Below, one piece after another: positions 52,557-59,323 of a stretch of 59,323 nucleotides of DNA; position 1 is the stretch's first letter, and every line of letters starts with the position of its first letter. A model generated the notes under the pieces. That model was not told the DNA's origin. It made no database searches and was given only the letters and a program-made list of their open reading frames with translations. The DNA is from an uncultured bacterium (lineage in GTDB: Bacteria > Gemmatimonadota > Gemmatimonadetes > Gemmatimonadales > GWC2-71-9), in contig CBFHAJ010000002.1 of NCBI GenBank assembly GCA_965653495.1, forward strand, positions 1 through 59,323, written 5' to 3'. The position numbers and the translations under genes were made by a program.

Positions 52557-53403
52557 TGGGAGCCGCGTTGCCAAGCCCCGTGAGCTGCTCGCTCAAACGC
52601 CACAGCCGTCGCCGGGCTTCGCGATCGTACGCCTGGCGGTCGGCCCGGCCTTCCACGAGCCGGTCGTAATAACGTCCGGTCACACCGTCGAGCTCGGGCG
52701 CGACCACCAGCGGCAGCGTAGCGGCGACCCCGTCGGCGATCGTGCTCATGGTGTACCCGAACCATTCGTACACCATCTTGGTGTTCATGAGCGAGGCGGG
52801 GTGCAGCGCGTTGACCGTGACGCCGGGCTCCCCGCGGCTGCGGAGCCACTCGGCCAGCTCGAACGTGAAGGAGATGAGGGCGAGCTTGCTCTGCGAGTAC
52901 GCCCGCATGCCGTCGTAGCCGCGCTCGAGCATCACGTTGTCGAAATCGATCGGCGCCTGCCCCACCGACGCGACGTTGACGATGCGGGCCGGCGCGAAGC
53001 GGGACAGCAGCGGCAGCAACAGTCGCGTGAGCAGGAACGGCGCGAGATAGTTCACCGCGAACCGCAGCTCGTAGCCGTCGGCACTCAGCTCGCGCCCTGA
53101 TCGGCGCGCCCCGCCTCCCAGTGCGGCGTTGTTGACGAGCGCATCGAGCCGCGCCTGGTCTTGCTCCACATCGCGCGCCAAGGCGCGGACCGACGCGAGC
53201 GATGAGAAATCGGCCCGGTAGCTGCGGAGCCGATCGCTCCCCGTCGCCTCCCGGATCTCCCGATCGGTTGCCGCCAGACGCTCGGCGCTGCGGCCGTGCA
53301 GGAGCACGGTCGCGCCGCGCGCCGCGAGCTCGCGCGCCACGGCGCGGCCGAGGCCGTCCGTGGCGCCCGTGACGAGGATCACCTGTTGGTCGATCGCGCG
53401 CAT
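52534..53403 (-). CDS. Short-chain dehydrogenase/reductase (SDR) family oxidoreductase
   Basis: Motifs VILVTGATDGLGRAVA, NNAA and YSQSKLAL. I prefer ATG 53403 over TTG 53445. There is a 23-nt convergent overlap with the upstream plus-strand gene. Confidence 0.8.
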   Translation of the reverse strand: MRAIDQQVILVTGATDGLGRAVARELAARGATVLLHGRSAERLAATDREIREATGSDRLRSYRADFSSLASVRALARDVEQDQARLDALVNNAALGGGARRSGRELSADGYELRFAVNYLAPFLLTRLLLPLLSRFAPARIVNVASVGQAPIDFDNVMLERGYDGMRAYSQSKLALISFTFELAEWLRSRGEPGVTVNALHPASLMNTKMVYEWFGYTMSTIADGVAATLPLVVAPELDGVTGRYYDRLVEGRADRQAYDREARRRLWRLSEQLTGLGNAAPITARHSG

Positions 53404-53622
53404 GCGAGTCACGGAACCCTGCGAGCCATGGTGCTGTTTCCGCAAGCGGTGTCCCGCTTCACGTTACGGTCCCGTGACTTGACACGCCTGAGGGGGTCCT
53501 TCTACCGTGCGTATCGGAACCCGCGAGACTGGAACCTGATATGTATCGCTCGGAGTTCAATGCCAATTGCCGCTCGGAGAGTCCCTGAGCGAGCCAGCCC
53601 GTTGGGTAGCACCATCGCGTGC

Positions 53623-53665
53623 GACGCCCCCACCGGAGCAGCTCCGGCGGGGGCGTCGGTTTATT
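53623..53665 (+). terminator. Intrinsic-terminator-like hairpin plus T-tract inside the 5' leader of the HAD-IB gene
   Basis: GACGCCCCCACCGGAGC / GCTCCGGCGGGGGCGTC form a 17-nt-arm stem with one A-C mismatch, followed by GGTTTATT. The RBS GAGGAGG (53666-53672) and the ATG at 53683 come next. Confidence 0.5.
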
Positions 53666-53682
53666 GAGGAGGCCGTGCAGAC

Positions 53683-54507
53683 ATGGCCCACAATATGGAT
53701 GGATCGATGAAACGGTATCTCTTGGCGAGCGACTTCGACCAGACCCTGAGCTTCAACGACTCCGGGCTCGTGCTGAGCGACCTGCTCGGCCTTTCGGGCT
53801 TTCAGGAGAGGATCGAGGGGTTGTCGCGGATCCACCTGGTGCAGCAGGGGGCGGAGCTCGCCTACCTGCTGTTGCACGATCCCGAGTACCGCCGGGTGCG
53901 CCAGGAGCACCTGGTGGAGGTCGGGAAGCGCATTCGCCTGAAGCAGAACCTGCATCTGTTGCCCCGCCTGCTCGGCGAGCTCGAGGGGTACGAATTCGCC
54001 TTCTATGTGATCTCGGCGGCTCCCCAGGAGGTCATTCAATCTGCCCTGGAGGGAATCGTCCCCGTGGACCATATCTATGGGACGCGGTTTCGCTACGATG
54101 ACACGACGGGCGAGATCCAGGCGATCGAGCGGGTCACCGCCGGGTACGGGAAGATGGCGATCCTCGAGGAGCTGCGCGCCAAGCTCCATGTTGCGCACGA
54201 CCGGGTCATTTACGTCGGCGATGGCAGCTCCGACATTCACGTCATGCTGCACGTTAACCGCCTCAACGGCCTCACGATCGCCGTGTCCGAGAACAAGTTC
54301 CTCGCGCAGATCGCGAAGCGGTCCGTGCTCTCCGATGACGCGGTGAGCGTGCTGGTGCCGATCCTGGAAGACATCGTCCGGATCGACGAGCGGGGGATCC
54401 ACGCGTTGTTCGAGTCACACGGGCTGGTGTTGCAGGAGTGGGACAAGGTCCAGACGGACCTGTTGACGATCCGCGAGACCGACTCCGCGCCGCCACTCGT
54501 CGCCTGA
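53683..54507 (+). CDS. HAD-IB family phosphatase (phosphoserine-phosphatase-like)
   Basis: Motif I is [11 protein letters not shown], motif IV is [12 protein letters not shown], and a cap domain lies between them. Confidence 0.7.
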   Translation: MAHNMDGSMKRYLLASDFDQTLSFNDSGLVLSDLLGLSGFQERIEGLSRIHLVQQGAELAYLLLHDPEYRRVRQEHLVEVGKRIRLKQNLHLLPRLLGELEGYEFAFYVISAAPQEVIQSALEGIVPVDHIYGTRFRYDDTTGEIQAIERVTAGYGKMAILEELRAKLHVAHDRVIYVGDGSSDIHVMLHVNRLNGLTIAVSENKFLAQIAKRSVLSDDAVSVLVPILEDIVRIDERGIHALFESHGLVLQEWDKVQTDLLTIRETDSAPPLVA

Positions 54508-54537
54508 TTTCCTGGGAGCTTATTGGGGGAGGGGAAG

Positions 54538-54765
54538 ATGTCGTCCGACTGGATCGGCTGGCTCGCGACCGCCGTGTTCACCGTCTCGTACTTCTGCCGC
54601 CGCCCCGAGACCCTGCGGCGCGTGCAGGGACTCGCCGCCCTCGCGTGGGCGGCGTACGGGATCGCGATCCACGCGCTGCCGGTGATCGTGGCAAACGTGA
54701 TCGTGGCGGGGGTAGCGGTGTGGACGTCGTTCGGACGCGCGCAGCCGCTCGCTGATCGCGGCTAG
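54538..54765 (+). CDS. Small three-TM membrane protein (75 aa)
   Basis: GGGGGAGGGGAAG lies immediately upstream of the ATG at 54538. The product begins [23 protein letters not shown].... Confidence 0.5.
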   Translation: MSSDWIGWLATAVFTVSYFCRRPETLRRVQGLAALAWAAYGIAIHALPVIVANVIVAGVAVWTSFGRAQPLADRG

Positions 54766-55667
54766 GGCCAGGATTCGGTCGGCACGTCGGCCGGCCGCTC
54801 GAGCGACTCCAGGTAGCTGACCAGCTTCCACACCGCGTCGGGCTGGAGCAGCAGTCCCCCGTACGCGGGCATGCCGTGCGGCCGCCCGTAGTAGATGGAT
54901 TCGAAAATCGCCCCGTCCGAGCCGCCGAACCGCCAGCGGCCGTCCGCCAGACTCGGGCCCACCCACCCCGTGCCCCCGCCGCCGTGACAGCCGTCGCAGT
55001 TCATCGCCGTGAAGATCTTGGCGCCCTCGTCGGCCGACCGCTTGTCTCCTTTATACGGATTGCGGGTCGCGAAGGCCGCCGGCGCGGCGCCACCTGCGAA
55101 AATGTGCTCGTCGTGTCGCACTTGGCGCGGCGTGGTGCTGGTGCGCGCGGTGCCGCCACCGCTGCATGAGGCGACCAGCACGACGGCGATGACCGCGATG
55201 ACCACCCCGAACCCGATCTTCGCAGCTGCGGCGGCCACCCGGCCCAGCACCGCGCCCCACCCCGCCCGCACCGCGGTCGTCGCCATCTGCGACACGGTGT
55301 ACTCGAACAGCGCCGCGCCCGCGAACGCACCGACGAGCGCGCCGATCACGCTGCCGACGACGGGAAGCGGGACACCCACGACGGCTCCGACCATGCCGCC
55401 GATCAGCGCCCCCCAGCCCCCCCGGCGCGACCCGCCGTAGCGCTTCGCGAGCCCGAACCCGACCCACCATTCGACGATCTCGCCCAGGAACGCGAGACCG
55501 AGCACGATCGCCATGATCGTGATGCTGAGGTGCTGAAACTGGGTGAGGGCACCATACGCGAGCACCCCGCCCACCATGATCCACAGCCCGGGGAGCCCGA
55601 GCGGGATCAGCACCAGCCCGGCGATACAGCACAGCGCCAGAATCACCACGGCGGCGACGTGCGTCAC
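54762..55667 (-). CDS. DUF456 membrane domain fused to a C-terminal class I c-type cytochrome
   Basis: GTG start with a GTGA overlap onto the PQQ dehydrogenase stop. The DUF456 pattern [12 protein letters not shown]...[18 protein letters not shown] runs to [16 protein letters not shown]. It is followed by the lipobox-like VASC, the haem motif CDGCH and the Met-ligand region HGMPAYG. Confidence 0.7.
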   Translation of the reverse strand: MTHVAAVVILALCCIAGLVLIPLGLPGLWIMVGGVLAYGALTQFQHLSITIMAIVLGLAFLGEIVEWWVGFGLAKRYGGSRRGGWGALIGGMVGAVVGVPLPVVGSVIGALVGAFAGAALFEYTVSQMATTAVRAGWGAVLGRVAAAAAKIGFGVVIAVIAVVLVASCSGGGTARTSTTPRQVRHDEHIFAGGAAPAAFATRNPYKGDKRSADEGAKIFTAMNCDGCHGGGGTGWVGPSLADGRWRFGGSDGAIFESIYYGRPHGMPAYGGLLLQPDAVWKLVSYLESLERPADVPTESWP

Positions 55668-57430
55668 GGCAGGCCGAACAACCAGAGCATGCCGCCCTGG
55701 CTCGTGTGGCGCGCGATGTCGCGCGCGAAGTCCGCCGGGGGGCGCACGTCCGCGGGATCGTCCGAGCGCACGTCGCCGGCCAGGAGAAACCAGTCGCCGC
55801 CGATTCCAGCGTACACGGCCACATACTGCTTACCGTCGGCGCCGGTGTACGTGATCGGGTTCCCCACCACACCGGACCCCACCTTGAGCTTCCACACCAC
55901 GCGCCCGGTCTGCGCGTCGGCGGCCTTGAACCAGCCGTCGAGCGTACCGTAGAAGACCACGTCGCCGCCAGTGGCCAGCACGCCGCTCCACACCGGGTAC
56001 GGCTCCTTCGTCTCCCACACTTTGCGGCCGGCCCGCGCGTCCCAGGCGATGAACGCGCCCATGTAACCGCCGGGACCGGGGTGATACGGCGTCGTGGCGC
56101 CGATGAACGGCGTGCCGGCGATGCGGGTCGCGACCGCCGCTTCGTAGTCCATGCACATGTTGTTGGTCGGCACATAGAACAGGCGCGTGCGGGGCGAAAA
56201 TGCCGCGGGGGCCGCTGGGGTCTTCCCTCCTTCGAGCGTCGGACAGATGTGCGTCACGTTGCCACGCGACGCGCCGGTGAGTTTGGTCGAATCGAGCACC
56301 GGCCGGCCGCTCACCACGTCCACCCGCTTGGCCCAGTTCACATCCACGAACGGCTCCGCGACGAGGACCTCGCCGGTGACACGGTCCAGCGTGTAGGCGA
56401 AGCCGTTCTTGTCGAAGTGGACGAGCACGTCGCGCCGCTGGCCCTTGACCTCCAGCTCGGCGAGGATCATCTCGGCGTTGGCATCGTAGTCCCAGCTGTC
56501 GTGCGGCGTGAACTGATACGCCCACACCAGCGAACCGTCCCCCGGCCGCCGCGCCAGCACGCTCGCCGTCCACTTGTTGTCTCCGGCGCGCTGTTCCGGG
56601 TTGTACGGGCCAGGATTGCCGACCCCGTAGTACACGAGGTCGAGATGCGCGTCGTACGACATCCATCCCCACACGGGCCCACCCCCGTGCCGCCACGCGT
56701 CCTGAGGCCACGTCGCCGCGCCCAGATCCGTGCCCTTGTCGTAGAACGGGCGGAACGTCCCCGGCCGCGCTAACAGCTCGCTGTCGGGGCCGACGTTGTA
56801 GGCGGTCCACGCGATTCGCCCGGTGCGCAGGTCGAGCCCCTTGACCCAGCCGTGAATACCGAACTCGCCGCCCGAGGCGCCGACGATCACCCGCTCCTTC
56901 ACGATGAACGGAGCGACCGGCGTCGTCTCCCCCTGGCTCAGGTCCGCGATGCGCGTCTGCCAGACCTCCTTGCCGGTCGCGGTGTCGATCGCCACGGTGC
57001 GGCCGTCGAGCAGGTTGTAGACGATCTTGCCCGCCGCGTAGAACGCGCCGCGGTTCACCGCATCGCAGCAGGCGATCCCGACGGCGTTGGGGTCCACGTC
57101 GGGGCGGTACTTCCACTTGAGCGGGTAGTCGGGCCGGGAGAGATCGAAGGCGTACAGCACGTTCGGGTATGGGGTCACGACGTACAGCGTACGGCCCACC
57201 ACCAGCGGCTGCCCCTCATGGCCGCCCAGCACGCCCGTCGAGAAGGTCCAGGCCGGACGGAGGCGGGAAGCATTCGCCACCGTGATCTGCGCGAGGGGGC
57301 TGTAGCGGGTGCCGGCGTAGTCGCGGGCGGGCATGGTCCACTGACCGTCCGCGGCTTGCGCCCACAAGGGCGTCGAGGCGGCGCTGAGGGCCACGGCAAC
57401 GCCCGGGACGATGCGGGAGAGCGCGGTCAT
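55664..57430 (-). CDS. PQQ-dependent alcohol/methanol dehydrogenase, XoxF/ExaF-like (lanthanide-type Asp signature)
   Basis: I trimmed the 839-aa track ORF to the ATG at 57430 (signal peptide MTALSRIVPGVAVALSAASTPLWAQA). The vicinal disulfide GIACCDAVNRG, TPHDSWDYDANAE (D-Y-D) and the tryptophan-docking repeats are present. Confidence 0.88.
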   Translation of the reverse strand: MTALSRIVPGVAVALSAASTPLWAQAADGQWTMPARDYAGTRYSPLAQITVANASRLRPAWTFSTGVLGGHEGQPLVVGRTLYVVTPYPNVLYAFDLSRPDYPLKWKYRPDVDPNAVGIACCDAVNRGAFYAAGKIVYNLLDGRTVAIDTATGKEVWQTRIADLSQGETTPVAPFIVKERVIVGASGGEFGIHGWVKGLDLRTGRIAWTAYNVGPDSELLARPGTFRPFYDKGTDLGAATWPQDAWRHGGGPVWGWMSYDAHLDLVYYGVGNPGPYNPEQRAGDNKWTASVLARRPGDGSLVWAYQFTPHDSWDYDANAEMILAELEVKGQRRDVLVHFDKNGFAYTLDRVTGEVLVAEPFVDVNWAKRVDVVSGRPVLDSTKLTGASRGNVTHICPTLEGGKTPAAPAAFSPRTRLFYVPTNNMCMDYEAAVATRIAGTPFIGATTPYHPGPGGYMGAFIAWDARAGRKVWETKEPYPVWSGVLATGGDVVFYGTLDGWFKAADAQTGRVVWKLKVGSGVVGNPITYTGADGKQYVAVYAGIGGDWFLLAGDVRSDDPADVRPPADFARDIARHTSQGGMLWLFGLP

Positions 57431-57472
57431 GCGGTCCCCTAGCATAGCTCGGCGGCTAGATTTGCTCCACCC

Positions 57473-58252
57473 ATGACCACACCGCACTTGGCACTCGCGC
57501 TCGCGGCGGCCGCAGCCGCGGGCGCCGTGAACGCCATCGCGGGCGGCGGCACGTTGCTCACCTTTCCCGCGATCGTGGCCCTGGGCGTGACGCCGCTCGT
57601 CGCCAACGCGACGAGTACCGTGGCGCTGTGGCCCGGTTCGCTGTCCAGCATGTGGGGGTACCGGGACCAGCTGACGGGTGCGCGCGCCTGGGTGATCGGG
57701 TTCGCCGCACCGAGCCTGGTGGGCGGCTCGCTGGGCGCGTGGCTGCTGCTGCACACGCCGCCCACCGAGTTCGAGCGCATCGTCCCGTTCCTCGTGCTGG
57801 GTGCTACGCTGTTGTTTCTCGTGCAGGGACCCTTGCTGCGCCGTCTCCGCGCCGGCCGCTCGCTCGAGTCGGAGGCGGCGGGGCCGCGGGGGACCTTTCT
57901 CGCGGCCCAGTTCCTCGTCGCCGTGTACGGGGGCTATTTCGGGGCTGGGATCGGCATCCTCATGCTGGCCGTGCTGGGCTTCATGGGGCTCACGAACATC
58001 CACCGGATGAACGGCCTGAAGAACTGGGGTGCGCTGTGCATCAACGCGGTCGCGGTGGTCATGTTCGCCGCCGGCGGGATCGTGGACTGGCCCGTGGCGC
58101 TGACGATGGCCGTGGGCGGCATCGTCGGCGGCTACGCCGGCTCGCGCGCGGCGCAGCGCGTGGGCCAGCAACTGGTGAGGCATGCGATCGTCGCCGTCGG
58201 ACTGGCGGCCTTCGTCTGGCTTCTGGTCCGGCGCCCGGCGGGTAGTCCTTAG
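57473..58252 (+). CDS. TauE/SafE-family anion exporter membrane protein
   Basis: Motifs AGAVNAIAGGGTLLTFPAL-like and YGGYFGAGIGILML; 259 aa, multi-TM. Confidence 0.8.
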   Translation: MTTPHLALALAAAAAAGAVNAIAGGGTLLTFPAIVALGVTPLVANATSTVALWPGSLSSMWGYRDQLTGARAWVIGFAAPSLVGGSLGAWLLLHTPPTEFERIVPFLVLGATLLFLVQGPLLRRLRAGRSLESEAAGPRGTFLAAQFLVAVYGGYFGAGIGILMLAVLGFMGLTNIHRMNGLKNWGALCINAVAVVMFAAGGIVDWPVALTMAVGGIVGGYAGSRAAQRVGQQLVRHAIVAVGLAAFVWLLVRRPAGSP

Positions 58253-58443
58253 CCGGTCGCCTTGTCTTCGCCCTTGTCCTTGTCGTTGCGCTTGAAGAAC
58301 CAGATCGCGAACAGCACCAGCGCCACGACGAAGGCGATCTTCAACGCCAGGAAGATGAGCGGGAGCAGGAAGAACGACCCGACCTTCCAGATCGCCAGGC
58401 CGAACAGGCCGAGGGCGGCGAGCTGCAGCAGTGGCTTAGACAT
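58249..58443 (-). CDS. Small two-TM membrane protein with a Lys/Asp-rich tail (64 aa)
   Basis: The product is MSKPLLQLAALGLFGLAIWKVGSFFLLPLIFLALKIAFVVALVLFAIWFFKRNDKDKGEDKATG. It lies directly downstream of the TonB-like gene. Confidence 0.45.
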   Translation of the reverse strand: MSKPLLQLAALGLFGLAIWKVGSFFLLPLIFLALKIAFVVALVLFAIWFFKRNDKDKGEDKATG

Positions 58444-58455
58444 GGCGCGACTCCG

Positions 58456-59139
58456 TCAGCCCGACGTGATCGAGTAGTCGAGCGGTTGAGTGATGTGGAC
58501 GCGGACCGCCTTGCCGTGCACCCGGGCCGGGCGGAACAGGGCGTGCAGAATCCAGTCCCGGGCAGAGGCATCGAACGCGGCGTTCGGACTCGAGGCCACC
58601 TCGACGGACGTGGGCTCGACCCGCCCCGTCGTGTCGACGATGGCCCGCAGCAACACGCGGCCCTGCACGCCCGCTTCCTTGAGGAGCGCGGGATAGCGGG
58701 GCTGTGGGGCCGACAAGAGGCTGGGTCGCTCCTCGACGACAGCCTCCGCATAGGCGCCGTCCCCCCCCGGCGCGAGCCCGTCGGCACGACCGCCTTCGAC
58801 ACCCATCCCGGAAAAGTCGCGCGGATCGAAGCGCTCCTGCAGGTTCACCGGCGGTAGCGTCGTCGGAAGCTGGGTGGGGACGGTGAGCGTCTGAAAGCCG
58901 CGCAGCACGTCGGCGAGCTGCGGCGACGGTGGAGTGGTTTGCTTTTCAGGCTCCGGCGTGAGCAGCACGGCGGTGGTGTCGACTCGAACCGCCGTGTCGG
59001 CGGGCCGCGCCGCGAGTGTGGCGTAAACCGCAGCGCCGATCAGCGCAGCGTGGGCCGCGAGCGAAGTGACGCCGAGCCCAAACAGGGTCTTGGTCCCGCG
59101 CGGGCGGTATGTCTCGATGAGCGTGCTCGTGAACTCCAT
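58456..59139 (-). CDS. TonB-family energy transducer
   Basis: Trimmed to the ATG at 59139 (GGAGG 6 nt upstream). It has an N-terminal TM anchor, a Pro-rich linker (TPEPEKQTTPPSP) and the TonB_C motifs YPALLKEAGVQGRVLLRAIVDTTGRV. Confidence 0.75.
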   Translation of the reverse strand: MEFTSTLIETYRPRGTKTLFGLGVTSLAAHAALIGAAVYATLAARPADTAVRVDTTAVLLTPEPEKQTTPPSPQLADVLRGFQTLTVPTQLPTTLPPVNLQERFDPRDFSGMGVEGGRADGLAPGGDGAYAEAVVEERPSLLSAPQPRYPALLKEAGVQGRVLLRAIVDTTGRVEPTSVEVASSPNAAFDASARDWILHALFRPARVHGKAVRVHITQPLDYSITSG

Positions 59140-59323
59140 AGGCCCTCCCCCGACCTGAGGCGTGCCCGGGCGACGGCCGTGGACACCAGTGCTTGGGACG
59201 TTAGACACAGGGAGATAACGCGGGGTTGCCGCCGGGAGTTTCGTGGGAGCACGGCGGCGGGCCGCCGCGCGCTGCGGCCCCGCGGCGCCCGACGGGCCGA
59301 CACCCCATCTACGAGGGGGTGGG

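Noticed and set aside
53560-53660. Possible glycine riboswitch (GGAGAG ... CACCGGAGCA resemblance)
   Set aside because: Only short fragments resemble the consensus, I could not build the P1-P3 architecture by eye, and the gene context (HAD phosphatase) is atypical. It is reported only as a generic leader/terminator pending an Rfam scan.
57431-58183. N-terminal 251-aa extension of track ORF 55664..58183
   Set aside because: It is antisense to the TauE/SafE gene. The dehydrogenase has a proper signal peptide starting at 57430.
1-59323. Scan for tRNA/rRNA genes, CRISPR arrays, IS elements, integrases and prophage structural genes
   Set aside because: Nothing was recognised by eye: no T-loop GGTTCGA-type motifs in cloverleaf context, no regularly spaced direct repeats, and no transposase/integrase-like translations. 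A tRNAscan/Infernal/ISfinder run would be needed to be certain.

Overview
This is a 59.3-kb, very GC-rich (roughly 70% by eye) bacterial chromosomal segment. It is densely coding on both strands, with about 50 credible CDS, many GTG/TTG starts and many 4-nt start/stop overlaps. I recognised no rRNA, tRNA, CRISPR array, transposase or integrase. The gene content (GH57-only glycogen operon, giant VPS10/BNR protein, DUF2911, TonB, polyphosphate genes) would fit a Gemmatimonadota/Acidobacteriota-like organism, but that is inference only.

Main blocks, left to right:
- Proline dehydrogenase / class V aminotransferase cluster.
- DUF2779 nuclease.
- Five-gene glycogen operon: glgP, glgA and three GH57 paralogues.
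- XRE regulator with an AT-rich operator region.
- MocA/XdhC accessory genes beside an SBP56 homologue.
- Multihaem-cytochrome / outer-membrane barrel operon with a divergent ferredoxin-flavoprotein.
- Polyphosphate locus: CotH-like protein, DUF4956 and a CYTH-PPK1 fusion.
- ABC-2 transporter.
- Ser/Thr kinase-like gene.
- TetR unit.
- Esterase and M28 peptidase.
- RND efflux operon.
- VPS10/BNR protein.
- XoxF-type PQQ dehydrogenase translationally coupled to a DUF456-cytochrome c fusion.
- TonB.

Best candidate for an undescribed system: 19330-26111. A predicted di-haem-b (ferric-reductase-like) membrane protein, a 20-haem cytochrome, a 13-haem cytochrome and an OM barrel form one coupled operon. 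A membrane-anchored 2x[Fe-S] + FAD/NAD(P) oxidoreductase is encoded divergently. Together they look like a split NOX/MsrQ-type module feeding a porin-cytochrome conduit.

Other points worth follow-up:
- A GH57 gene has no canonical start codon. It lies in frame behind its neighbour's TAG stop and has a strong SD in front of a CTG.
- The CYTH-(unknown)-PPK1 fusion sits in a CotH-like/DUF4956 neighbourhood.
- Four decayed genes are present: an internally deleted FAH, a histidine-kinase tail, an SDR head, and a GNAT frameshifted by a 76-bp insert flanked by 29-bp direct repeats.
- A terminator-containing leader precedes a HAD-IB gene.
- A three-site operator has exact 18-bp periodicity.

All family assignments come from reading the translations. 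No database search was run.
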